Assembly (NCBI GenBank): GCA_965204345.1 | Contig: OZ241981.1 | Coordinates: forward strand, 1,216,001 to 1,280,000 | From: Nitrosopumilus sp. | Lineage (GTDB): Archaea > Thermoproteota > Nitrososphaeria > Nitrososphaerales > Nitrosopumilaceae | Length of the DNA: 64,000 bases | Direction of reading: 5' to 3' | Part shown: piece after piece, positions 10,698 to 20,430 of the stretch | Numbering within the stretch: position 1 is the stretch's first letter | Layout of the letters: each line of letters opens with the position of its first letter | The notes under the pieces: model-generated | The model's database searches: none | What the model was told of the DNA's origin: nothing | The model's input: the letters and a program-made list of their open reading frames with translations, nothing else | Made by a program: the position numbers and the translations under genes

Positions 10698-10972
10698 GTT
10701 CTTCCTGTAAACTGAAAAATATAGAACAGAGATATTGACATTAAGGCAAAGCCCCCTGCCAGAAATATTGCCCTTTTATTTTCAGATGTAGCGGCCCTGT
10801 ATAACAGAACACTGCCTGCAAGACCTACAAATAATATTATGGTACCGGCAATCACACCATCAAAACTTGTGTTAGTAATTAGTGGGTGAAAAAATCCTGC
10901 AAGTAATCCAAAAAATGCAATTAGGTAAACATATTTGAATCCAGTTAGTATCTTTGAGGATGTTTTATTCAA
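10694..10972 (-). CDS. Small membrane protein
   Basis: 92 aa, three TM-like segments. Confidence 0.75.
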   Translation of the reverse strand: MNKTSSKILTGFKYVYLIAFFGLLAGFFHPLITNTSFDGVIAGTIILFVGLAGSVLLYRAATSENKRAIFLAGGFALMSISLFYIFQFTGRT

Positions 10973-11028
10973 TGCTATTTTTGTAAGTTAAGTTGGCAAT
11001 TAAAGTTTTGAAATATTTTTTCAAATAA

Positions 11029-12729
11029 CTACATCATGCCGCCCATATCAGGCATTCCACCCATCCCGCCCATTCCAGGTGGCATTCCACCCATTCCAGG
11101 TGGCATTCCGCCTTCTCCACCGGGTGGTCCTCCAGCAGACTTTTGGGTGGCAATAACATCATCAATTCTAAGAATCATAGATGCTGCCTCTGCTGCTGCC
11201 GAAACAATCTGAAGTTTAACTGCCAATGGTTCAATGATATCACTGGATTTCATATTAGCAATTTTTGATTTCATTACATCAATGCCAGTCCATTTTTCTC
11301 CTTTCTGTTGTTTGGAACGAAGAAGCGTAAGAGTATCAATTGGATCCATTCCTGCATTTTCTGCAAGTGTGATTGGAATTTCTTCTAATGAATCAGCAAA
11401 CTTTTCTGCTGCAAGTTGATCTCTGCCTTCCAAGGATTTGGCCCAACTTCTGAGTTTTGTTGCAGCAAATGTTTCTGGAGCCCCACCACCTGCAACAATT
11501 TCAGGTTTTAAAATTACGTCTTTTACAACCATTAATGCATCATGAACTGAACGTTCAACCTCATCAACTACTCTTTGTGAGCCTGCACGCAAAAGTAATG
11601 TGACTGATTTTGGATGTTTGCATCCCTCAACAAATACCCATTTGTCTTCTTCAATTTTTCTTTCTTCTACAAGTTCAGCAGAACCAAGATCTTTTTCAAA
11701 CAGATCATCCAAGTTTGTAATAATTCGAGCGCCCGTCGCTTTTGCAAGCTTGGTAAGATCACTTTCTTTAATTCTTCTAACAGCAATAATTCCAGCTTTT
11801 GCTAGATAATGTTGAGCCATGTCGTCTAGTCCTTTTTGGCATAAAACCACATTTGCACCAGAACCAATGACTTTGTCAACCATTGTTTTGAGCATTCTAT
11901 TTTCTTCATCCAAAAATGATTTTAGCTGTTGAGGATTTGAAATGTTGATTTTGGCATCAGTTTCTGTTTTACTAATTTCTAATGCAGTGTTAATTAATGC
12001 AATTTTGGCATCGGTGATTTTTCTAGGCATGCCTCCATGAACAATTTCTTTGTCAAGAACAACACCCTGAATAACCATAGAATCTTTGATGGAACATCCT
12101 GCTTTCTTTTCCACTTTAATATCATCAATATCAACATCAAAACTTTCGCCTGTTTTTTCAGAGACGGCAAGGACTGACTTTACAATAATATCTGCAAGCT
12201 GATCAGAATCTTTTCTAACAAGTTTTGTTTGCATTGAAGTTTTGGCAATCTTTTTTAGAATGTTTTTATCGTTTGCAGAGATTGTATCGGCAATAGTTTC
12301 TAGATATTCTTTTGCTTTTCTTGCAGCTTTTCTATATCCATCAACAATAATGGTTGGATGCACATCTTGATCAATTAATGATTCAGCCTGTGAAAGTAAT
12401 GCACCAGCTAGTACAACTGCAGAAGTAGTACCATCTCCAACTTCATTATCTGTAGTTTTAGAGATTTCAACTAGCATCTTTGCTGCAGGATGTTGCACGT
12501 CAATTTCTTTTAAGATGGTTGCACCGTCATTTGTAATCGTAACATCGCCCAGTGAGTCAACTAGCATCTTGTCCATGCCTCGTGGACCAAGACTGGTATG
12601 AACTATTTCGGCAATAATTTTAGCTGCTGCAATGTTATTTTTTTGAGCTTCCCGCCCTTTGGTTTCAGAACCGCCTTCTTTTAGCAAAACAACGGGCATA
12701 TTTCCCTTTGAAGTTGCCTGCATTCCCAT
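11029..12729 (-). CDS. ths: Thermosome (group II chaperonin) subunit
   Basis: [27 protein letters not shown]-rich C-terminus. Confidence 0.97.
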   Translation of the reverse strand: MGMQATSKGNMPVVLLKEGGSETKGREAQKNNIAAAKIIAEIVHTSLGPRGMDKMLVDSLGDVTITNDGATILKEIDVQHPAAKMLVEISKTTDNEVGDGTTSAVVLAGALLSQAESLIDQDVHPTIIVDGYRKAARKAKEYLETIADTISANDKNILKKIAKTSMQTKLVRKDSDQLADIIVKSVLAVSEKTGESFDVDIDDIKVEKKAGCSIKDSMVIQGVVLDKEIVHGGMPRKITDAKIALINTALEISKTETDAKINISNPQQLKSFLDEENRMLKTMVDKVIGSGANVVLCQKGLDDMAQHYLAKAGIIAVRRIKESDLTKLAKATGARIITNLDDLFEKDLGSAELVEERKIEEDKWVFVEGCKHPKSVTLLLRAGSQRVVDEVERSVHDALMVVKDVILKPEIVAGGGAPETFAATKLRSWAKSLEGRDQLAAEKFADSLEEIPITLAENAGMDPIDTLTLLRSKQQKGEKWTGIDVMKSKIANMKSSDIIEPLAVKLQIVSAAAEAASMILRIDDVIATQKSAGGPPGGEGGMPPGMGGMPPGMGGMGGMPDMGGMM

Positions 12730-12825
12730 AAATACAAAAACTCCCTACTCCCCTTTTATATCTTGCAGATCAGGATTGCTGATTTTCAAAAATAATATCG
12801 GTGTTTTTAAATTGGGAAAATCAAG

Positions 12826-14157
12826 ATGAAAAATATGGCTAAATCACAAAACCGCCAGTCTTATGATAAAATTTTTACAAAATTAAAAGATCATCACAAA
12901 TGGTTTGAGAATTCAATTCCGTTAATTGCAAGCGAAAATATTCCCAGCCCTGCAGTAAGAGAAGCAATAATTTCTGATTTTGGAAATAGATATGCTGAAG
13001 GATGGCCCGGTGAAAGAGTTTACGCAGGATGCGTGTACATTGATGATGTAGAGTTTGAATGTATGAAATTAGCTAAGAAATTATACAAAGCAAAATTTGC
13101 AGATGTACGGCCAATATCAGGAGTAGTTGCAAATTTGGCAGTATACTCTGGATTTACAAATCCTGGAGATATTATGTTAGCACCCTCAATTCCTGCCGGG
13201 GGACATATTTCACATGGTAAAAAGGAACATTCAGGTACGGCAGGATTGGTTCATGGATTAGAAATTGAATTTTATCCGTTTGATGCTGAAGAAATGACAA
13301 TTGATGTTGAAAAAACAAAGCAGAAAATAAAAGATCTTAAAAAAGCAAATCGTCTTCCAAAAATGGCAATGTTTGGCGGTTCGTTGTTTTTGTTTCCGCA
13401 TCCTGTCAAAGAATTATCAGATTTTTTGAAAAGTTATGACATGCATATCAATTATGATGCTGCACATGTTGCAGGATTAATTGCCGGCAGAAAATTCCAA
13501 GACCCGCTTCGAGAAGGTGCAGATACAATGACTATGAGCACTCATAAGACTCTGTTTGGACCCCAGGGGGGACTCGTTTTGGGTTCTAAAGAGCATGAAG
13601 AGATTATCAAAAAGGCAACGTTTCCTGGTCTGACTAGCAGTCATCATATTCACCATATGGCTGGAAAAGCAATTGCTTTTGCAGAAGCCTTGGAGTTTGG
13701 AAAAGATTATGCTGCCGAAGTAATCAAAAATGCCAAGGCTTTTGCAGAAGCTTTGAGCGATGCAGGCTTTAAGGTGTTAGGAGAAAGCAGGGGATTCACA
13801 CAATCACATCAGGTTGCAGTTAATGTATTAGATTATTCTGATGGTGGCAAAGTGGAAGCAAGCTTGGAGAAAGCAAACATCATAGTAAACAGGCAGCTGA
13901 TTCCAGGAGATATCAAAGCTGGAAGAAACTATTTTCATCCTGGTGGAATTAGATTGGGAGTATCTGAAATTACACGGCTTGGGATGAAAAAAGATCAAAT
14001 ACAAGAAATTGCGGCATACATTAAGCAAGTTGTGATTGAAAAGAAGGATCCAAAGAAATTACTGCCAAAGGTTAAGGCATTAAGAAAGGATTATCAAAAA
14101 ATCAAATTCTGTTTTGACAACAAACTTGGCGGATACGAGTACGTTAAACTAAGATAA
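12826..14157 (+). CDS. glyA: Serine hydroxymethyltransferase
   Basis: LIASEN, RYAEG, GGHISH, YDAAH, STHKT PLP lysine. Confidence 0.96.
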   Translation: MKNMAKSQNRQSYDKIFTKLKDHHKWFENSIPLIASENIPSPAVREAIISDFGNRYAEGWPGERVYAGCVYIDDVEFECMKLAKKLYKAKFADVRPISGVVANLAVYSGFTNPGDIMLAPSIPAGGHISHGKKEHSGTAGLVHGLEIEFYPFDAEEMTIDVEKTKQKIKDLKKANRLPKMAMFGGSLFLFPHPVKELSDFLKSYDMHINYDAAHVAGLIAGRKFQDPLREGADTMTMSTHKTLFGPQGGLVLGSKEHEEIIKKATFPGLTSSHHIHHMAGKAIAFAEALEFGKDYAAEVIKNAKAFAEALSDAGFKVLGESRGFTQSHQVAVNVLDYSDGGKVEASLEKANIIVNRQLIPGDIKAGRNYFHPGGIRLGVSEITRLGMKKDQIQEIAAYIKQVVIEKKDPKKLLPKVKALRKDYQKIKFCFDNKLGGYEYVKLR

Positions 14158-14159
14158 AT

Positions 14160-17100
14160 TTACGCGTAATCAGTAAGCAGTGATTGATCACCCTGACTCT
14201 TACCAAATACTAATTCAATCTCATCAGATAAAGCATGGATTCTTCCTCGTTGATATTGCCCAACATCATATTTCTCAACTAGTCTTTTTGCAAGCTTTAG
14301 ATATTTTTCAACAGAGCCCCTTGTGATCGTTGCAATTAATTTATGTCCACAAACACATGATTGAATCAATGGCATGCGGCGAAATAATTTGCCACATGCT
14401 GTACATCTGAAATTTTGTCTTGCATATGCCCTAAGATTTCCCATTAAATCAGGAACAAGATGTGTCGAAATTACATTTGAAACAATTTCAGATGTGTCAA
14501 CTACATTAATTAATTCGGCATTTCTGACTTGCATATCAAATTTATCAAGCATGGAGCCAAGGGTTGAATATGCACTTCTTGATTTGGAAGTAGTCAAAGA
14601 GGAGGTTGTATGTGTAAAATGATAATCATAAAATTGTCTTGCAGTATCCAAGCGTGATTTGATTATCTCAACTGATGTTACATCTGAGGATTTGATTTCT
14701 TTGAACGTAGATTCAAAAAATTCTAATGGCAATATTTTTGTGACTTCTAAATTATGAGCTTGTGGTTGTGATTCATGCGGCAGCACATGAGGTTGAACAA
14801 GTAATGGCGCGTCCATTAATCCGCCTATTCGATCAGAAAGAAATTGTCTTGAAAAATTAAGAAGACCGTCCATTAGAAGTATTATAGAATCTGCATCACC
14901 ATCAGCATCCCTTCTTTTAGCTGAATGCCAATTTGGGGTTCCAAAACAAACATGTGTTTCGGTATAACCAATTATTCTTCCAACAATTCCCACAGAGGTG
15001 TGTGGGGCCAAACCAATTATCAGATGCCCCAAAAGTTCTTCCGAATTTTTTACGTTGTAAAAGGGTGATTTCCCATAAAATTTCTGTAAGAGAACATCAA
15101 TGTATTTACAAGTTGAAACTAAATAATTTCCACTTTCATACGGAATCACTACGTCTTGCATACGAAGTTCTAGAATCTGATCAGTTGATTCAAGTGGGTT
15201 TCCTTCAATGTCATGAGAATACCCAAGTTCTTTTAGTTTTGCAACGGATGTTCCTATCCAGGAGGGCTTGAATTGTGTCAATGGAGAATTTGTCGCATCA
15301 AATCTTACTGTTCCATCTTTGAAAGTGGTCAGCCCAAAGTTTTGTCTAACAAGACCCTTTTCAAGCGGCTCTGCAATTTTGTCTTGATTGATTAGTTCTT
15401 TGACTCCTTTGAATGGTTCCTTTACACGAATGCCCATCTTTTCTTGAGCCAAAAGTAATCTCTTCTTTAACGGGAAATCCTTATGAGAATGGGAAAAAGC
15501 TTTGCGTTTGCATTTTTCACAAAACGGTTCCTCAAGCGTATCTCTACAGTTAGAACATCTGTATGTGACTGATGTCTTTGTACCACAAATGGAACATTTT
15601 ATTCCAATGGATGGCTGTTCGCATTTAGTACAGTGCCTATTGTAAATACTTGTAAAAAAATGCTCAGTTCTAGAGGCTCTAAGAATATCTCTTGTAGGTC
15701 CGCCCTTATCACTAATTGGAAATAATACGTGTGTGGGAGGCTTCATTTGTCTAGGTGCAGCTTTTTCAGGTCTTCCTATTCTAACCCCAATACTTGTTGA
15801 AAATTTATTATTAATCTGAATTCCAGATGCTTTTGTCAAGATCTTTGGGACGGACAAATCACCAATGACAGGTCTGTGCCTGAACAGAAGATTAAAGAAA
15901 ATTTTTGCTTCTTGGTGCTCAAGTATTACTGAATTATTTTGAATTTTGTGGGGGGTTCCAAGATTTTCAAGAATTTGTTTTGCTTTAATTGAGTACTCAA
16001 CAGAAGTTTCTGTAACACTGTTTGGCTCTAATAATACGGTTAATTCTTTAGAAGATATTCTATCCCAGAAATACAAGTAGTGAGGATGTAATGGAATTTT
16101 AAAATCAAGTGATATTTTTAATGCTTCATCTATTGTGGGGATTCTATTCAAAAATTGGTTTAGGTATTGATCATCAGGTTCGTATTTTTGAATTTTTTGT
16201 TTTAGTTCTTCGACCCAAAATTCTTCAACATATCCTGATGGTACTAGCTGAGCATTATTTTCAAGAAAGTCTCCAAATGAAATCAGTATATCGCCAAGAT
16301 GAAGAATTTTTTCAATGTTATTTTTGATTTCTAATCCATGTTTTACATCTCTAATTTTTACGACACTTCCGTTATTGAGACGTACAGTGGGTGTATCAAT
16401 GGAATCAACAAAAGCTATAGTTGCGCCCTTACCAGGAATGTCTATTTTGATTTGAGTTCCTACGGCAATGGTGTGATCTAAAATCTCAGCAATGACAGGA
16501 TGAATGCCAACAGCTGCAAATCCGGTATTGCATGCTCTTCCATACCTCAGACGGAAGCCGCCTAGTTTGTTAGGCATGGATAATACGGATCTGCCAGTAA
16601 TCACTTCACGCATTCGTTTTGCGGCTGCTGCTTCTTGATCGTCTCCGGTTTGAACGGCACCCTTTAGGTCATTAAGCCATTCCCAACCATCCAGATTATA
16701 CAATTCAATTCTTTTGAGGAGCTTTTTTGATCTTCCAATTAATCCGTCATTTAATACACGCAAAGCCCCGCCTCTGACCCGATCTGTCTGAATTCGTGCC
16801 ATCGATTTATGGTTGACAACTTCATAAGGATCAGTATCTACGCCGGCTAGCTCAACTGGCAGATTGGAAATGACATGTTCAATATCTTCATCTAAGATAT
16901 GAAATTGAAAACTGCCAGCCTCCCTTTCATAGATTCTTAATTCTTCAATAAATCTTCCTGTTTCATCATCAAATGAATTGGCTTGAAATTTTGACAATCC
17001 CGCTATTTTTCTAACATGATCTGCAATAAGCAGAGTTACTGCAGATTCTGTTCCCCCAGCAGAACGCATTGGCCCGGCAATTGATACTGAGAGATATTCT

Positions 17101-17537
17101 GTTCCATCTTTATTTTTCTTAATTTTTACTTCACTAATGCCTTGTAATGGTGCAATAGTGACACCTTCAGTAATTATTGCTAATCCTACACGAACTGCAA
17201 GATCTAGTTTGTCTTCTAAAGTGGCATCTGGTAAACAATATCGGCCTGAAGCAATTTCTTTTGCTAAAATTAATGCAGAAAGCTCTTTTCCGTTAGTTCT
17301 TAGAGTTTCTCTTAAAGGATCTGCAATGTCAATTTCGTGCATTTTTGCAACCCTATCAGCCAAATCAAAAGCAATTCTTGGCTCTATAATTCCAGAAGAA
17401 TCTATCAAACTAGACTTTGCAGCAGCTGCATGCTCAAATATTGAGGAGGTTTCAGTGGAAAGATTAGAATAATAAGTAAGATAGTAATCTGGCATTTCAA
17501 TATCGCTAATTCGGGATATTGCATCATTTTCAGACAT
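14160..17537 (-). CDS. polC: DNA polymerase D large subunit DP2 (no intein evident)
   Basis: 1125 aa; GPMRSAGGT, GFRLRYGR, FKDGTVRFD, KRRDADGDAD catalytic motif, zinc fingers. Confidence 0.97.
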   Translation of the reverse strand: MSENDAISRISDIEMPDYYLTYYSNLSTETSSIFEHAAAAKSSLIDSSGIIEPRIAFDLADRVAKMHEIDIADPLRETLRTNGKELSALILAKEIASGRYCLPDATLEDKLDLAVRVGLAIITEGVTIAPLQGISEVKIKKNKDGTEYLSVSIAGPMRSAGGTESAVTLLIADHVRKIAGLSKFQANSFDDETGRFIEELRIYEREAGSFQFHILDEDIEHVISNLPVELAGVDTDPYEVVNHKSMARIQTDRVRGGALRVLNDGLIGRSKKLLKRIELYNLDGWEWLNDLKGAVQTGDDQEAAAAKRMREVITGRSVLSMPNKLGGFRLRYGRACNTGFAAVGIHPVIAEILDHTIAVGTQIKIDIPGKGATIAFVDSIDTPTVRLNNGSVVKIRDVKHGLEIKNNIEKILHLGDILISFGDFLENNAQLVPSGYVEEFWVEELKQKIQKYEPDDQYLNQFLNRIPTIDEALKISLDFKIPLHPHYLYFWDRISSKELTVLLEPNSVTETSVEYSIKAKQILENLGTPHKIQNNSVILEHQEAKIFFNLLFRHRPVIGDLSVPKILTKASGIQINNKFSTSIGVRIGRPEKAAPRQMKPPTHVLFPISDKGGPTRDILRASRTEHFFTSIYNRHCTKCEQPSIGIKCSICGTKTSVTYRCSNCRDTLEEPFCEKCKRKAFSHSHKDFPLKKRLLLAQEKMGIRVKEPFKGVKELINQDKIAEPLEKGLVRQNFGLTTFKDGTVRFDATNSPLTQFKPSWIGTSVAKLKELGYSHDIEGNPLESTDQILELRMQDVVIPYESGNYLVSTCKYIDVLLQKFYGKSPFYNVKNSEELLGHLIIGLAPHTSVGIVGRIIGYTETHVCFGTPNWHSAKRRDADGDADSIILLMDGLLNFSRQFLSDRIGGLMDAPLLVQPHVLPHESQPQAHNLEVTKILPLEFFESTFKEIKSSDVTSVEIIKSRLDTARQFYDYHFTHTTSSLTTSKSRSAYSTLGSMLDKFDMQVRNAELINVVDTSEIVSNVISTHLVPDLMGNLRAYARQNFRCTACGKLFRRMPLIQSCVCGHKLIATITRGSVEKYLKLAKRLVEKYDVGQYQRGRIHALSDEIELVFGKSQGDQSLLTDYA

Positions 17538-17549
17538 AATATTTCCCTA

Positions 17550-18302
17550 CTACTTACTTCTTTGAATTGCTTTTGTTATTTTTTCGAGTTTTGTAAGGCT
17601 GCCGCCTTTTTCAAGGAAGGTTCCTATAACTAGAGCATCTGCTCCTGCTTTAACTAGACTGGCAGCAGTTTTTTCATCTTTAATTCCTCCACCAACAATC
17701 AAAAATCCGTCAAAAGCATGCCTAACTGTCTTTACCATTTCTGGTGTAACGTTGGTTTTAGCACCAGAGCCTGCTTCAAGATATACAAATCTCATTCCAA
17801 GGAATTGAGCCGCCAGTGAGTATGCGGCTGCAATTTTTGGTTTTTCAAATGGTATTCCCCTTGCAGAGCCAACAAACCAAGCTGATGTTCCATCTCCAAT
17901 TACTAAATATGCCGTTGGAAGGGGTTCCAGACCGAATTTGAGAACGCTTGTAGCGCCCAAAGCTTGAGCTTGAGTGATAAAATAGGGATTTTCAGAGTTC
18001 ATTAGAGAACTAAACAGTATGGCATCAGCGTCAGGAACAATTCCAGTAACATTACCGGGAAATAGTATGATTGGAATTTTCAGGCCTATTTTAATACCTT
18101 TGACAATTTGGGCCATCTCTATTTGATCAGTAGTAGAGGAGCCTCCCACTAGAATTGCAGATGCTCCAATCTTTTCAACATCCTTAGCAAGTTTGCTTGA
18201 TGCCTCTAAATTTGACACTTCTGAATCAATTAATACAAAAAGTAATGCATTTTTCTTTTTTAATTCTGATTTTAAGAACGATTCAACCCTGTCTCCAGCC
18301 AT
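17550..18302 (-). CDS. Geranylgeranylglyceryl phosphate synthase
   Basis: LVGGS, PIILFPG, YLEAGSGA, VGGGI. Confidence 0.93.
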   Translation of the reverse strand: MAGDRVESFLKSELKKKNALLFVLIDSEVSNLEASSKLAKDVEKIGASAILVGGSSTTDQIEMAQIVKGIKIGLKIPIILFPGNVTGIVPDADAILFSSLMNSENPYFITQAQALGATSVLKFGLEPLPTAYLVIGDGTSAWFVGSARGIPFEKPKIAAAYSLAAQFLGMRFVYLEAGSGAKTNVTPEMVKTVRHAFDGFLIVGGGIKDEKTAASLVKAGADALVIGTFLEKGGSLTKLEKITKAIQRSK

Positions 18303-18366
18303 AAAGGTGGTCTGTGTATGTCTCTTTAAAGTTTAATTGGAATGCTGTATACAGATTTGTATAGCT

Positions 18367-18729
18367 ATGGACAAGTTAGAAGAATCTAATTTTAACAATA
18401 TTATGCGTAAAATTATCAAAAAATCACTGTTTACAGAGCGACAAGTTGAAATTATTTTAAATCAGAAGGATCTTCTAGAATCTGATTTTTCTATAACAAA
18501 GGGTGCGTATTACAGGCAGGTTGGGCAGTCTAGAGACAAATTAATTGGATTGTTCTATTCAATCATACTTTTTCGTGGTTTAGGCATACTTTTGCCTGAT
18601 GATATAGATGTGATATCAAAACTTTCTGAACAGGTGAGTGTGATAAATAAGAGTGATATTTTCCCTGAAAGGGAAGATGAAGTGATGAGTTTGATTGATA
18701 GGTCCATTCGTCAGGCATGTAATATGTAA
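18367..18729 (+). CDS. Hypothetical HTH-like protein
   Basis: Likely ATG at 18367; SLFTERQVEII...ITKGAYYRQVGQSR resembles an HTH. Confidence 0.7.
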   Translation: MDKLEESNFNNIMRKIIKKSLFTERQVEIILNQKDLLESDFSITKGAYYRQVGQSRDKLIGLFYSIILFRGLGILLPDDIDVISKLSEQVSVINKSDIFPEREDEVMSLIDRSIRQACNM

Positions 18730-18856
18730 AGAGTGTGATATTGTTGTGTGGGTTGTTTTTAGATTCTTTGTGATAGTTTATGTGAGTTTGTTAATCTAAA
18801 GTGTGAATTATTGTTGTTCAATCACGATAAATCACGTCTTAGGCACAAATATTGTG

Positions 18857-19453
18857 ATGTTGGTAGAAATTCCTGAACCTGAGGTGATTTTAAATGTGAT
18901 TTTGGCATTTGTTGTAGGAATTGTAGGTTTGTATGCCTATTTTAAGATCAGCCACTTTGTCAAAACCAAGAGTGAGGTATTTGATGCATCACAAGCTGAG
19001 AGGTTAGAATACTATGAAAGACAGTTAATTGATATGAAAATACGCCTAGATGCTTTAGAAATACAAGGAACAGAGCAAAAAGTGGAGGATCCAAACCTGG
19101 AACTAAAACAATTCTTAGAGAAATTGGCAAAGAATGAAGTTCAGGAAAGACCAATTGTAGTTGAAAATAAGCCTAACATTGTGACTGAAAAGGAAATTTC
19201 CAAGCCTAACATTCAAAGTTTTACACCAACAAACCCAGTAGATTATGTGTTGCATCTAATCACAAACAAAGCTATGACATCACGTGACATACAAATCACA
19301 TTAAAGAAGAGTAGAGAACATACTTCACGTCTGATGAAGAAGATGTTTGAAGAGGGATATGTTCAAAGAAATACAGAGTCAAAACCATATACTTATTCAA
19401 TTACTGAAAAAGGAATTGCAAAAGTAGAACAGGTTGATCTGGTTCAACAATAA
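18857..19453 (+). CDS. Membrane-anchored coiled-coil + winged-helix (MarR-like) DNA-binding protein
   Basis: N-terminal TM (VILAFVVGIVGLYAYF), coiled coil, C-terminal TSRDIQ..SREHTSRLMKKMFEEGYVQR..YSITEKG; start at 18857 inferred. Confidence 0.8.
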   Translation: MLVEIPEPEVILNVILAFVVGIVGLYAYFKISHFVKTKSEVFDASQAERLEYYERQLIDMKIRLDALEIQGTEQKVEDPNLELKQFLEKLAKNEVQERPIVVENKPNIVTEKEISKPNIQSFTPTNPVDYVLHLITNKAMTSRDIQITLKKSREHTSRLMKKMFEEGYVQRNTESKPYTYSITEKGIAKVEQVDLVQQ

Positions 19454-19582
19454 AATAGAATTTTTTTAGTGTTAGTTTTCAAAGATTTGTCTATGTTTTT
19501 GACCAAATCGTTCATATTTCATAATGAAATTCGAATTAGATAATATATTAAATTATATATATTATTAAATTATAATAAAAAT

Positions 19583-19744
19583 ATGTCAGTTAATGAAAAT
19601 GAGGTATTAGTAAAAATCACATCTGCTGGTACAATTTCAATCCCAAAACAGTTTAGAAAGTATATGGATATCCAAAAAGGTGAATATGTCAAGATAATTC
19701 TCGGAAAAGACAGTTTATTGGTTAGAAAAGTCACTATTGTTTGA
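19583..19744 (+). CDS. AbrB/MazE/SpoVT-family DNA-binding protein (not in ORF track)
   Basis: 53 aa MSVNENEVLVKITSAGTISIPKQFRKYMDIQKGEYVKIILGKDSLLVRKVTIV fits the swapped-hairpin pattern. Confidence 0.88.
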   Translation: MSVNENEVLVKITSAGTISIPKQFRKYMDIQKGEYVKIILGKDSLLVRKVTIV

Positions 19745-19747
19745 GAA

Positions 19748-20134
19748 TTATTGTTGTTTTTGAGTAATTTTTATGGTTTGATATGTCCATTCTCGACCAG
19801 TTCTAGTCCTATTTACCCTGCCTTTTGTGGAAAATCTTGACAAGTATGTGGAGATCACACTTAGTTTTATAGGCTTGTTGTATTCGTCCTCATATTTCTC
19901 AAGAATGTTTGTTGATGTAAAGTTGCCCATCGGGAAGAATTTATCAACAATATGCCAAATTTTAGCTCCCACAGAATCTACATTTGTTGCCTCTTGTTCC
20001 TCCTCAATATTCATCAAATCCATCATTTCAAATATTTTGAGAATCTTGTCTCTGGTAACATTTCCCTCTAATTTGATGTCATATTTTGCACCATCATGGT
20101 CTTCCATGTCTATTCGTATTCGTTTTTTGGCCAT
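19748..20134 (-). CDS. Hypothetical winged-helix protein
   Basis: FTSTNILEKYE...LSVISTYLSRF..KG...RTR.GREWTY. Confidence 0.75.
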   Translation of the reverse strand: MAKKRIRIDMEDHDGAKYDIKLEGNVTRDKILKIFEMMDLMNIEEEQEATNVDSVGAKIWHIVDKFFPMGNFTSTNILEKYEDEYNKPIKLSVISTYLSRFSTKGRVNRTRTGREWTYQTIKITQKQQ

Positions 20135-20139
20135 CTTTA

Positions 20140-20430
20140 GGATCTAATGGATCAAGAGTTAACAGTTCAAATGATCCAAGAATCTTTGTTAACTAAATGG
20201 TTTGTTAACATTGACTGCCTAGCCCACGCCTAGCCTGATTTTTGTTATTAACAACATCTATGTGCCTAGCCCCCTTTATTATGAGATTTTCACGCCTGGA
20301 ATGGAAATAAAGGGGTCGTTTTTGCAATATTCATAGTGTTAACATCTATCTTAACGCCTGGAATGGAAATAAAGGGGTCAAAATGGGCTTTTCGGTGATT
20401 TTCTTAACATAATTTTAACAAAAATGTTAA
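20140..20430. other. Probable replication origin (oriC)
   Basis: Non-coding gap upstream of cdc6 with ORB-like repeats; replication genes (DP1, DP2, GINS) nearby. Confidence 0.8.
20292..20379 (+). repeat. Two identical 26-bp ORB-like direct repeats ACGCCTGGAATGGAAATAAAGGGGTC
   Basis: Copies at 20292-20317 and 20354-20379; inverted partial CCCCTTTATT at 20271-20280; GGAAA..GGGG string matches archaeal ORB form. Confidence 0.88.

Noticed and set aside
11029-11130. GC-rich tandem repeats
   Set aside because: Encode the normal GGM/PPG tail of the thermosome
19583-20134. Toxin-antitoxin pair
   Set aside because: The AbrB gene's neighbour is convergent and wHTH-like, with no PIN or MazF motifs
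20292-20379. Mini CRISPR array (26-bp repeat, 36-bp spacer)
   Set aside because: Only two copies, no cas genes; ORB G-string and position before cdc6 explain it
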